This document shows positions 1 through 8,754 of a stretch of DNA of 64,000 bases, in pieces. Made by a program: the position numbers and the translations under genes. Below the pieces are notes generated by a model. The model saw only the letters and a list, made by a program, of their open reading frames with translations. It ran no database searches and was not told where the DNA came from. Position 1 is the first letter of the stretch; every line of letters begins with the position of its first letter. The stretch is from NCBI GenBank assembly GCA_029258795.1, contig JAPDKB010000007.1, positions 96,001 to 160,000 of the forward strand, given 5' to 3'. The stretch comes from an archaeon (GTDB lineage Archaea; EX4484-52; WAPT01).

Positions 1-459
1 GGGTATCCTGCATTTCCTTCTGAGGAGGAGTTAGAGTATGCTGCCAGAAGGACGGGAGGTGTTGAATGCGAGAGGGTTTTCACGGATGGGGATAAAAGGA
101 AAATTGATGCTGGAAAGGTGCTTGATGAGAGCGGTGGTGCGGAAGCAATTTACAAAGTGGTTTTGAAAGGAGTCACGTATTTTGAAGAGATAAGAGATGT
201 CCTGTGGAATATATCCAAATATCTTAAAGACAAAAAAGGTGGTGTGCTACCTCTTACTGAAGCAGTGATTGACGAGTTGCATGTGCATTATAAGGATTGT
301 GGACTGAAGTTTTCTGTGCTGGATGGAGAGGTTGTACTTGCTCCTTCGGAATTGAATTATGTGTGCGGCGGAAAGAATGATATAGTTTACCCTTCAAAAT
401 GTCCTTATCGAAGCAAGGAGTTTTGCAAGAAGTTTGCGAGGGAAGAGCCGGAGGATTGA
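1..459 (+). CDS. Hypothetical protein, 5'-truncated by window edge
   Basis: Frame 1 is open from base 1 (GYPAFPSEEELEY...) to TGA at 459; C-terminal Cys cluster; no recognisable family. Confidence 0.7.
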   Translation, partial: GYPAFPSEEELEYAARRTGGVECERVFTDGDKRKIDAGKVLDESGGAEAIYKVVLKGVTYFEEIRDVLWNISKYLKDKKGGVLPLTEAVIDELHVHYKDCGLKFSVLDGEVVLAPSELNYVCGGKNDIVYPSKCPYRSKEFCKKFAREEPED

Positions 460-470
460 GGTGGTTTGGT

Positions 471-995
471 GTGCTGCTCGGTAAGGATGAAATAATGGAA
501 CTCGTTGATGAGGGCTGGCTTGTACAGGGCATGCTTGATCCTGAGGTGCAGGTGCAGCCAGCAGGCATTGATTTGACGCTCGCCAAGATTTTCAGGCTGG
601 AGGGAGAGGGTGCAATAGATTTCTCCAACGCCAAAAGAAAGCTTCCGGAATACGTGGAGATTGAGCCGGATGAGGATGATTGCTGGAAGCTCGATAAGGG
701 CACTTACAACGGCACGATGAACGAGTACATAAAGCTTCCAAACGATGTTGCAGCGATTGTGTTACCGAGGTCGTCCGCTCTGGTGTGCGGCATAGAAGCT
801 CATTCCGCTCTCTGGGATCCGGGATATGAGGGGAGGGGCTTCCTGCACTTCACCATAACGAGGCCTGTGAGGATTTACAGGAACGCGCGAATAGTGCAGA
901 TGATATTCTTCAGGGTTAGCAGTGAGACGGAAGGTTATGATGGAGTGTTTAAGGGAGAGGATCTGCTTAAGAAAAGCAGGAGAGGTAGGGAATGA
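471..995 (+). CDS. Trimeric dUTPase / dCTP deaminase family protein
   Basis: Motifs QPAGIDLTL, LPRSS, WDPGYEGRG, RIVQMIF; GTG at 471 follows GAGGTG RBS. Confidence 0.88.
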   Translation: MLLGKDEIMELVDEGWLVQGMLDPEVQVQPAGIDLTLAKIFRLEGEGAIDFSNAKRKLPEYVEIEPDEDDCWKLDKGTYNGTMNEYIKLPNDVAAIVLPRSSALVCGIEAHSALWDPGYEGRGFLHFTITRPVRIYRNARIVQMIFFRVSSETEGYDGVFKGEDLLKKSRRGRE

Positions 996-996
996 T

Positions 997-1764
997 ATGG
1001 TGGTTCTTGACAGAATTTTTGAAACCGTGTACGACCACCTCAGAAGAATTGGAGATGAAACAAATGAAGTGTCATTCAACCACTTCAAAAAATATGTGGA
1101 TGAGGGTCGGTTTTTGAAAGCTGTGTGCGGCTCGGAGAAAATACTGAAAGGGGCTCTTGAAGGTGAGTTGAAGTGCGTTATCTATTACATCGCAAAAGAT
1201 AAGGAAGGTATTACCCTAAATGAGAGTTTTAAAACCCTCTCCGAACTGTTCCGGGAGCTGGATTCTTCCATCAAAATTGAAGTTTATGGTAGGGTGTTGA
1301 GCTATGATGAGATAGGAGAGGATGAGAGGAAAATTGGAAACAAGTATTCCGGTTATGTCCTGACTCCGAGAAGAGTAGGGCAGCTCCACACCAAAATTTA
1401 TGAGCAAATAAAAGACGATGACCTGCTCAGAGAGAAGCACGTTGATGAAACAACTGCCAAGATGGTCGTGTTCGAACGTGACTTTGAGAACAGCGGTGTC
1501 TCATGCGCGAGAGAGGAGAACGAAAAGATCATTAAGGATTATGCACTCTGCTTTTGTGGTATAAGAGATGTTGTTACATGGGCGCACGAGCTGGGACACA
1601 AACTCGGTTTGATGCACGTGCTTGACCCCCATGACATTATGTATGAGAGCTCGCATCCCTTTTCCTGCATCCCCATCCCCAGAAAATTCAGGAAATGGTC
1701 AAAGAAACAATGGAAGTATATAAAAAAGCGCATTAATTGGGCGGGATCTGCTGAAAAAAGGTAA
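997..1764 (+). CDS. Metzincin-type zinc metalloprotease (matrixin/archaemetzincin-like)
   Basis: HELGHKLGLMH = HExxHxxGxxH, then Met-turn DIMY; ATG 997 directly after the dUTPase stop. Confidence 0.8.
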   Translation: MVVLDRIFETVYDHLRRIGDETNEVSFNHFKKYVDEGRFLKAVCGSEKILKGALEGELKCVIYYIAKDKEGITLNESFKTLSELFRELDSSIKIEVYGRVLSYDEIGEDERKIGNKYSGYVLTPRRVGQLHTKIYEQIKDDDLLREKHVDETTAKMVVFERDFENSGVSCAREENEKIIKDYALCFCGIRDVVTWAHELGHKLGLMHVLDPHDIMYESSHPFSCIPIPRKFRKWSKKQWKYIKKRINWAGSAEKR

Positions 1765-1778
1765 AAGAGGTGAGAGTC

Positions 1779-2480
1779 GTGATACGAAAGATACTGCAAT
1801 ACTTAAAACCGGGTAAGGGTGATTCTTCATCGGAAATATCGAGCTTGATGGACGCGAATTTCGGCACAATAAAAAGGATGTTGAGTGAGAGAAAACTGGA
1901 TGTGATTTTGTATCCGGTTGATACTGCGTGGCATTCATGGAACGATCTTTATGAAGATTATGTCAGGGTTTATGCTGCTGTGCGCAAGGGATTTAAAGAA
2001 CTTGGTGGTGTGAATGCTGAGGTTTACTCTTTCAGACCAAACATGAGTCCTGAAACTTTTGAAGAATACTCGACCTTGCTTGACCTTAGCTTAAATAAGA
2101 TGAAGACACTCCACCAGACAATATATGAGGATGTTATGTTCCCGCAAAAACTCGAGAATCTTCATGAAGATATAAGTGTTGTGAAGGTGGTTATTCTCCC
2201 CACCAAAAAAGGCGAAAATAGTTATGACGGAGGGGTTATCCCTCCACGCGAAGCAGAGTCAGGGAGATATGTGAGAGATTATGTGGTTATCAAGAGCGAT
2301 AAACTTGATCCCGGTATGATTTTGCACTATCTCGGACATATGTGTGGATTAACTCACGTTACAGACGGGAAGGATGTTATGTTCTCACCATCTCCGGGAT
2401 GTCCTTCCGAAGTTCATTCTCATAAATTCGGAAGGAAAAGCAAAGAACGATGGTCTAAAATAAAAAGATATTTCTCATGA
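1779..2480 (+). CDS. Metzincin paralog with catalytic Glu replaced by Tyr (probable pseudo-protease)
   Basis: HYLGHMCGLTH plus DVMF Met-turn; C-terminus resembles the upstream gene; GAGGTGA RBS favours GTG 1779 (ORF open from 1770). Confidence 0.72.
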   Translation: MIRKILQYLKPGKGDSSSEISSLMDANFGTIKRMLSERKLDVILYPVDTAWHSWNDLYEDYVRVYAAVRKGFKELGGVNAEVYSFRPNMSPETFEEYSTLLDLSLNKMKTLHQTIYEDVMFPQKLENLHEDISVVKVVILPTKKGENSYDGGVIPPREAESGRYVRDYVVIKSDKLDPGMILHYLGHMCGLTHVTDGKDVMFSPSPGCPSEVHSHKFGRKSKERWSKIKRYFS

Positions 2481-2486
2481 TAGGCT

Positions 2487-3068
2487 TTAAGCTTCATCCT
2501 TCTTGTTTTTTCTCTCATCTGATTTTTCCTGTGCTTCGCTTTTTTCTTCCTTTTCCTCCAGATCCTCCTCCCTTATCTTCAGCTTTTCAAAGTATTTTTT
2601 GAGTTCTGCCTCACTCTTCAATCCAAAATACTTCAGGAGGGTTTTGGTTACCCTGAGTTCTTTCGTGTGTCCTTTTGGTTTGACGGTGACGAATCCGCGC
2701 TTCACAAGCTCCTCTATTTGCTCGTAAGCCCTGTTGCCCCTGACTTTAACGACATCGCTCTGCTTGACAGGGCTTTTGTAAGCTATCAGCGCAAGGGTTT
2801 TAAGAGTGCCCGGTGAGAAATCCTTTTCTGGAGCGAGCTTCTCCACATGTTTGAGGTATTGCTCCCTCACATGCATTTCGTAAACGTCATTGCCCAGATG
2901 CCTCACAACCAATGACGTGTTTTCGTATCTCCTCTCCAGCTCCTGAAGGGCTGAAAGAACAGCATCCTTCTTCAAACCTGTGATTCTCTTTATTTCATCT
3001 ACGCTTAACGGCTTGCCCGCCATGAAAAGAGCTGCCTCAACTATGTTAGCATCATTGTTGTTCTGCAT
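2487..3068 (-). CDS. scpB: Segregation and condensation protein B (kite subunit)
   Basis: IVEAALF...TLALIAYKSPVKQSDVVKVRG...T.TLLKYFGL tandem wHTH signature; next to scpA. Confidence 0.93.
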   Translation of the reverse strand: MQNNNDANIVEAALFMAGKPLSVDEIKRITGLKKDAVLSALQELERRYENTSLVVRHLGNDVYEMHVREQYLKHVEKLAPEKDFSPGTLKTLALIAYKSPVKQSDVVKVRGNRAYEQIEELVKRGFVTVKPKGHTKELRVTKTLLKYFGLKSEAELKKYFEKLKIREEDLEEKEEKSEAQEKSDERKNKKDEA

Positions 3069-3074
3069 AAGCTA

Positions 3075-3806
3075 TTATTGATTTTTTGGCTTTATTAAAA
3101 TTTCACCGAAGAGAACGGGCTGCTCGCACACGATTTTCTCGTCCCTTATGAGATGGAGAAGAGATGCAAAATCCCTTATTATCTCTTCCTTCGTCTTGCT
3201 TTTGACAAGCTCGGAGAAGAACACCACACCACTCGGATACAAAAGCTGGAGAATCCTTTCATAGATCTTTTCGATGTGCTCCGAGAAATCCTTTTGATTC
3301 AGCTCGAGGTTGACCATGAAATGGCGCAGCTCCCTTCTTTTCTTCACCTTCATCGCTTTGTTGAGAGCTTCAACCAGCTCCTCAAGCGTGATGCGTCTTT
3401 TGAACTCCCTTCTGATGGGTAAGCGTAACGGAGGAATCACCACTTGCTGCCCTCCACCCAGCTGTGCCTGCTCTTCCGTACCCTGCTGTTCTTGCTGTGT
3501 CTGCTCATCAGCTTTTCCTTCAGCTTCAACGCCCATCAGAGCTTCGCATTTCATTCTGTAGATGATGCTTGCGGCAAGGATTATCCTTGCCGGGATGCGA
3601 AGATTTTCATCCCTCATTTTCTGCAGGATGGTCGTGAATCTATCGCTGAGCTTAACTATGTCTATATCCCAGGGGTCCATATCCTGCACTAGCATTATAA
3701 GTACCTGCTCCCAGTCATCGTAGAGTATGGCTCTTATTAACTCTTCCTCGTAGTCCTTTTCAGAGGTAAAGCTCACTCTTTCATTTTCTGCAAGCACCTC
3801 AGGCAT
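3075..3806 (-). CDS. scpA: Segregation and condensation protein A (kleisin)
   Basis: MDPWDIDIVKLSD, ILAASIIYRMK, FASLLHL...CEQPVLFGEI kleisin motifs. Confidence 0.92.
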   Translation of the reverse strand: MPEVLAENERVSFTSEKDYEEELIRAILYDDWEQVLIMLVQDMDPWDIDIVKLSDRFTTILQKMRDENLRIPARIILAASIIYRMKCEALMGVEAEGKADEQTQQEQQGTEEQAQLGGGQQVVIPPLRLPIRREFKRRITLEELVEALNKAMKVKKRRELRHFMVNLELNQKDFSEHIEKIYERILQLLYPSGVVFFSELVKSKTKEEIIRDFASLLHLIRDEKIVCEQPVLFGEILIKPKNQ

Positions 3807-3819
3807 GTTGATTACCCTT

Positions 3820-4023
3820 CTACACCCACCAGACCACTCGCTTTCTCATGCCGATCTTCTGGGCTTCTGTCCTCCTTTTAACTTTGCCCTCAGCTTTAAG
3901 TCTGTATAGGTGCATGTTTGCTGTGCTCCAGCTTATGCCGAGCTCTTTTGCTATCTCGTAGGTTGAAAGAGGTCCCTTTTTGGAAAGCAACTTCACCAGC
4001 TCTTCATCCACAGACCTAGGCAT
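3820..4023 (-). CDS. Small winged-HTH DNA-binding protein
   Basis: LSTYEIAKELGISWSTANMHLYRLKAEGKV HTH; first gene of the scpAB unit. Confidence 0.85.
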   Translation of the reverse strand: MPRSVDEELVKLLSKKGPLSTYEIAKELGISWSTANMHLYRLKAEGKVKRRTEAQKIGMRKRVVWWV

Positions 4024-4048
4024 GTTTTATCCCCCTTACTGGTCATCT

Positions 4049-4105
4049 CCGCCTGAAGAATCAGGCGGGTAAGTTTAGGTAGTGCTCAGCTATTTATATA
4101 CTTTT
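4049..4105 (-). promoter_or_regulatory. BRE/TATA promoter of wHTH-scpA-scpB with an 8-bp inverted repeat at the predicted start site
   Basis: Minus strand AAAAG-TATATAAATA (4105-4091); CCGCCTGA-AGAA-TCAGGCGG at 4049-4068. Confidence 0.55.
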
Positions 4106-4184
4106 ATATGGTGAGTTTTTTATATTGGCGCGTCTAAAAAGATGGTGTTATATTGAGATATTTTGAAGAGGTTCCTGTGAGGGA

Positions 4185-5468
4185 TCATAGGTAGTATGCA
4201 GGCACTCTATATATTGTACAGCCGTTCCTTTTTTCCTTTCCGAACTCGTTGAGGGTGATGACCAGAGCCCTCTCTGGTCTGTACTCGTTCAGAAAGCTGT
4301 AAAATGACCTTCCCAATCTACCAGAGGTGAGCTTTACTTCCACCGGTACTATGGTGTTTTCGTCCCTTATCAGCACGAAATCCACTTCAGCTTTACCTGT
4401 TGTGCGCCAATAACAAAGCTTGTACTCCTCAAACCCTGTGAATAGCTCCCTGAAAACGAAGTTTTCCAGTAGGGCTCCAGCATCACTCCTCGTCTCGAAC
4501 TCGGAGAAGTTGTTTATTATTGCATTTCTTATCCCCATATCCAGAAAATATATTTTCGGAGTTTTTCTCAGCTCTGTTACAAGGTTTCTATGAAACGGTC
4601 TTAAAGTTTGCACGATATACGTGTGCTTGAGTATGCTGAGGTATTCCTCAGCTTTGTAGAAGCTGATGTTGAGCTGTGATGCGAGAGAAGATGTGGACAT
4701 CAGAGATGCTGTTTTGAATGCCAGCAGCTTCAAAAAATCCTCGAACCTTTCCACCTCCTTTATCCCGAAGTGCACCACAACGTCTTTTTCGAGATATAGA
4801 GTGTAGATGTTTTTGAGTACGAGCTGCTTTTCCTCCGTGCCCTCTGTCTTTATCACTTCGGGATAGCCGCCGAAGATCATGTAATCTTTCAGGTGAGTCA
4901 GCAATTCCTTCTGGAAAATTGGCGGAGCGGGCTCGTCCCTTCCCTTAAGGAAGTTTTTTACTGAAGCGTGCTTCTCTCTGAAGACTCTGGCAAGACCATC
5001 ATCCCTGGCTATCAGAAACTCCTCGAAATCGAAAGAGTAGAGCTCGAAAAGAAAGAGCCTCCCTACCAAGTACGGAAGCACATTTGTTCTTAATTCCAAG
5101 GATGAAGAGCCGGAGAAGATCACTTTTACATCTTCCGCAAAGTGATCGTAGATCAGTTTGAGCTTCTCTCCCGCATTTTTGACACGCTGAATCTCGTCCA
5201 GAAAGAGGAACAGCCTTTTTCCCTCTTTTTTGAATCTTCTCACAAAGTTTAAAGGGTCATCCTCAAGAGCGCGTCTCATATCTGGAAGATCAAGATTTAT
5301 GAACGCTTTTTCTTCATTCTGTATTTTTTGGAAGAGGAGTTGAAGGAGGGTTGTTTTTCCCACCTGTCTTGCACCCCTCACACCCAGCATCTCCTTCCTG
5401 TCCAGCAGCTTCAATAACCTGTCCTCAAGCTTCCTCTTGTAGATTTTATTTGCACCAGCTCCATCCAT
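4185..5468 (-). CDS. AAA+ ATPase (AAA_14 + DUF4143-type) with C-terminal PD-(D/E)xK-like domain
   Basis: GARQVGKTT, LFLDEIQ, SGSS, GGYPE, KIYFLDMG, EVDFV...PVEVK. Confidence 0.9.
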   Translation of the reverse strand: MDGAGANKIYKRKLEDRLLKLLDRKEMLGVRGARQVGKTTLLQLLFQKIQNEEKAFINLDLPDMRRALEDDPLNFVRRFKKEGKRLFLFLDEIQRVKNAGEKLKLIYDHFAEDVKVIFSGSSSLELRTNVLPYLVGRLFLFELYSFDFEEFLIARDDGLARVFREKHASVKNFLKGRDEPAPPIFQKELLTHLKDYMIFGGYPEVIKTEGTEEKQLVLKNIYTLYLEKDVVVHFGIKEVERFEDFLKLLAFKTASLMSTSSLASQLNISFYKAEEYLSILKHTYIVQTLRPFHRNLVTELRKTPKIYFLDMGIRNAIINNFSEFETRSDAGALLENFVFRELFTGFEEYKLCYWRTTGKAEVDFVLIRDENTIVPVEVKLTSGRLGRSFYSFLNEYRPERALVITLNEFGKEKRNGCTIYRVPAYYL

Positions 5469-5807
5469 GCAATTCTATTTTTACTCACAACTATTTAAAA
5501 TTTATTCTATAATTTTTGAATTGAATTTGAAAATTCTAGAGATAAAAAAAGGACTCCAGTCATGAGTTGGATTGAGTCATGTAGTGTTAGATTTTGCTAA
5601 CGGTTGTTAGAAAGTTGTGATAATTCATCACAAGCCGAAACTGGTAAGAAAAACGTTCCAGACAGAGTGTGCAATTATTGGTAGAATTATAGCAGGGTCA
5701 GGTTAAGGAACTCGACCCTGCTAAAACGCAATTTAAATGCCGGGGCTCATACTTTGTGTGGCTTGTATTGAATATTTTTGGTTAAATTTTTAATTCTACC
5801 TTTCTAA

Positions 5808-5832
5808 ATAGGTTAAAATGCATTTAACCTAT
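5808..5832. promoter_or_regulatory. Palindromic operator candidate upstream of hsdM
   Basis: ATAGGTTAAA-ATGCA-TTTAACCTAT (perfect 10-bp arms) just upstream of a TTTTTAAA box at about 5856-5863. Confidence 0.5.
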
Positions 5833-5877
5833 AGCTTAAGAGCAACCTATAAAAATTTTTAAACCCACATAAAAACC

Positions 5878-7575
5878 ATGTCATCAAAGGCCTTTGAGCC
5901 GTGGATCCGGATTAGATATCAGATTCTGCTTAAAGAGTTCGGAGAGCGAGAATTCACAAGAAAGGATGCGGAAATTGCTTTAAGCAAGCATGACAAACCC
6001 TTACTAAACATAAACGAGCTCTTCAGCATCTTGGCAAAAGAGGGCTTGTTACAATCTAAAGAAAAAAACGGTAAGCACTTCTACAGGCTCACACCACCTA
6101 CAGAAGAGAAAGTTAAGGCTACGAGGGACCAAATTATAAGAGTTCTGAAAAATGGGGCAGATATCATCAGGAATAGGGAATACAGAATGCTGCTTGTTCT
6201 CTTGTTCTATAAAGCTCTGAGTGATAGGTGGGTCAAGAAGGTGGAGGAATATCTTAAAGAGGTTGATGATGTCAAGGCTGCTTATCATCTCGCAAATATC
6301 GAATACTATTACCTTTATGATGAGCCAGAAGATAAGCTTTATACATGGGATGAGGTTGTAAAGGATAAGGTTAATCTGGTAAACAACTTCATAGTGGCCT
6401 TGAATAGGATTGCTGAACTAAATGATAAGCTGGCCGATATTAAAATTCTTGTCGATAAACTTGGATTTGCAGGATTTGTAGCCAATGAGGAGAACTATCT
6501 ATTGTTTAAGGATCTTGTAGAGAGTTTTAACAGGTTGGACTTGAGGGAAGCTAACTATGATATCATTGGAGATGCTTATGAATGGATTCTGTCCTATTTT
6601 GCTCCAACCAAAGCAAAGGCAGGAGAGATCTATACACCTAGAGAAGTTATCCGCCTGATGGTTGAGATTCTTGATATTCCTCCCAATTCAGATGTTCTTG
6701 ATCCTGCATGTGGTTCATGTGCCATGCTCATAGAAGCGTACAAATACGCTAGTGAGAAATACCAAGACGGTAAAACTTTGAGGCTTGAAGGTCAGGAATG
6801 GGATGATCTAACTTGTGTGCTCGGAAAACTTAACCTTGTTATGCATGGAATCACAGAAAACTACACGGTGCATCTTGGGGATAGCTTGATAAACCAGAAG
6901 TTTTCTCAAGCAGATTATGTTCTGGCCAATCCGCCTTGGAATTTAGATTATGACATCAACAAATCCATGAATGAGAAACTGAAGGAGATTTACAAGTATG
7001 GCATCACTCCAAAACAAAGTGCTGACTGGCTTTGGGTTCAGCTCATGATTCACTTTGCAAGAAAAAAGGTGGCTGTTGTTCTGGATAACGGTGCTTTGTT
7101 TAGGGGAGGAAAAGAGAGGATAATAAGGGAAGGTATAGTTAAAGATGATCTGGTGGAGTGTGTTATCTTGCTTCCTGAGAAATTGTTCTACAATACAGGA
7201 GCACCAGGAATTATAATGATTCTCAACAAAAACAAACCAGAAGAAAGGAAGGGAAAGATTCTGTTTATAAATGCTTCTCAGGAGTTTGAAAAACACCCGG
7301 AAGTCAGGAAATTGAACATCCTAAGCAGGAAAAACATCAACAAAATCGTGAAAGCTTACCGCGAGTTTAAGGACATTGAAGGATTCTGCAGAGTCGTGAG
7401 CTTGGAAGAAATCAAAGAGAATGATTACAACTTGAACGTCACGCTTTACGTTTTCCCACAGGAGGAAGTTGAGGAAATTGACGTTAAAAAGGAGTGGGAG
7501 GAACTGAAGAGGGTTGAGGAGGAGATAAAGGAGGTTGAGAAGAGGGTTGAAGAATTTATTAGGGTGGTGAAGTGA
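5878..7575 (+). CDS. hsdM: Type I R-M N6-adenine methyltransferase HsdM with N-terminal wHTH extension
   Basis: IGDAYEW, GEIYTPREV, DPACGS, ANPPW, LPEKLFYNTG, DYNLNV; about 75-aa N-terminal wHTH-like segment. Confidence 0.95.
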   Translation: MSSKAFEPWIRIRYQILLKEFGEREFTRKDAEIALSKHDKPLLNINELFSILAKEGLLQSKEKNGKHFYRLTPPTEEKVKATRDQIIRVLKNGADIIRNREYRMLLVLLFYKALSDRWVKKVEEYLKEVDDVKAAYHLANIEYYYLYDEPEDKLYTWDEVVKDKVNLVNNFIVALNRIAELNDKLADIKILVDKLGFAGFVANEENYLLFKDLVESFNRLDLREANYDIIGDAYEWILSYFAPTKAKAGEIYTPREVIRLMVEILDIPPNSDVLDPACGSCAMLIEAYKYASEKYQDGKTLRLEGQEWDDLTCVLGKLNLVMHGITENYTVHLGDSLINQKFSQADYVLANPPWNLDYDINKSMNEKLKEIYKYGITPKQSADWLWVQLMIHFARKKVAVVLDNGALFRGGKERIIREGIVKDDLVECVILLPEKLFYNTGAPGIIMILNKNKPEERKGKILFINASQEFEKHPEVRKLNILSRKNINKIVKAYREFKDIEGFCRVVSLEEIKENDYNLNVTLYVFPQEEVEEIDVKKEWEELKRVEEEIKEVEKRVEEFIRVVK

Positions 7576-8678
7576 AAGAAAATATCTATCCTATAGGTTT
7601 TTGGAATAAGGAAGAGTTAATAGATATAATTAAATCTAATTTGCCAGAGGACATATGTGTGAAAACGATTGATTCAAAGTCTTTTCAAGAATTTCTTATA
7701 TTGTCCGATGATCATGGAAAGATAATTCTTAATTATGATAAGAGTGGACACTTTATTTTAAACTTGACACAATGTAAAGAACCTGAAAAAATACAACAAT
7801 CGCTAGAAAAGGCACTCAATTTAGACTACACTCTTCCAGGAAAATACAGAACTAAAACGTGGAAGTTAACTTCTCCTAATTTATCTCGAGAACTTTTGGA
7901 GATTTTAATAGATAACTTTCCTAACCAGGTCAAAAAAATAAAACACACCCCAGACATGTATTTTCAGTGCAAACTTATCGGCAAAAATACACTAACTCAT
8001 ATGAAAAATGGTGATCTCCACTTAAGAGTCGAGCACCGGAATAAAGCAATTGATGAAATTTATGAGATAATTGAATCATTTTTAAAAGATAAAATATCAC
8101 AGAATATGCGAAAATTAAAAGAAATTGATGTAGGCAAAGAAAGCTACGAAGATTTTATCAAAAATCATATTTCTATAGACATTGTTCAGTATATTGATAA
8201 AGATGTTTACAATTATCTTTCAGGAAGAGACGTTTGGGAAATATCGGATGGATTAAGAATTTTTCATATGATAAAAATCGGAAATATCCCATTAAAAAAT
8301 TATAAATGCTTAGTAAGAAATTTTTCTATTGCATTTGAAGGGTTTTTAATTAAATACTTTCTTGAAATAGGTTTCATTGATAAGGAAGAGTATGAGCAAG
8401 ATCCAACCACGGCTAGGATATTTAGCTGTATTAATCGATTGAGAAAGGAGTATGGAGAAATAATTAATCGACGTGAAAAAGGTCTGACAGGAACACTTTC
8501 TGGATTATGGGTAGAGTGTAGGAATAATTATTTGCATTCTGATATGTACAGTTTTTCACACCTATACACAATAAAGGAAGCAGAGTCAAAAATTATTGAG
8601 ATCTTACTCACAATGAAAAGATTGCTCAATGTGTTGCCTCTAATAAGAAACAATAATACAAATGGAGATGAGTCATGA
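7572..8678 (+). CDS. RnlA (RNase LS)-like HEPN ribonuclease
   Basis: NYKCLVRNFSIAFEGFL helix and RNNYLH (Rx4H) in the C-terminal domain resemble the RnlA HEPN domain; GTG overlaps the hsdM stop. Confidence 0.62.
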   Translation: MKENIYPIGFWNKEELIDIIKSNLPEDICVKTIDSKSFQEFLILSDDHGKIILNYDKSGHFILNLTQCKEPEKIQQSLEKALNLDYTLPGKYRTKTWKLTSPNLSRELLEILIDNFPNQVKKIKHTPDMYFQCKLIGKNTLTHMKNGDLHLRVEHRNKAIDEIYEIIESFLKDKISQNMRKLKEIDVGKESYEDFIKNHISIDIVQYIDKDVYNYLSGRDVWEISDGLRIFHMIKIGNIPLKNYKCLVRNFSIAFEGFLIKYFLEIGFIDKEEYEQDPTTARIFSCINRLRKEYGEIINRREKGLTGTLSGLWVECRNNYLHSDMYSFSHLYTIKEAESKIIEILLTMKRLLNVLPLIRNNNTNGDES

Positions 8679-8754
8679 AAATTAACATCGGCGGATCCGT
8701 ACCGGCGCGAATGTGCACCATCCGGTGCACGGCCGAGTACGGACTTACCCGCCT
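8678..8754 (-). ncRNA. Candidate small hairpin RNA with its own promoter, antisense to the R-M operon
   Basis: GC-rich nested stems 8690-8753 in AT-rich DNA; minus-strand CGAAAG-TTTTATATA at 8791-8777 predicts a start at 8753-8754, at the stem's 5' base; UUUU follows the stem. Confidence 0.5.

Noticed and set aside
4063-4074. 12-mer AGGCGGGTAAGT shared with the 5' end of the 8754 hairpin RNA (and GCGGGTAAG near 54192)
   Set aside because: Many 12-mer matches are expected by chance in 64 kb on two strands, and there is no flanking similarity.
8690-8753. Hairpin as an archaeal SECIS element
   Set aside because: A GAA is present but the geometry does not fit, and no neighbouring gene shows an in-frame UGA at a plausible Sec position.
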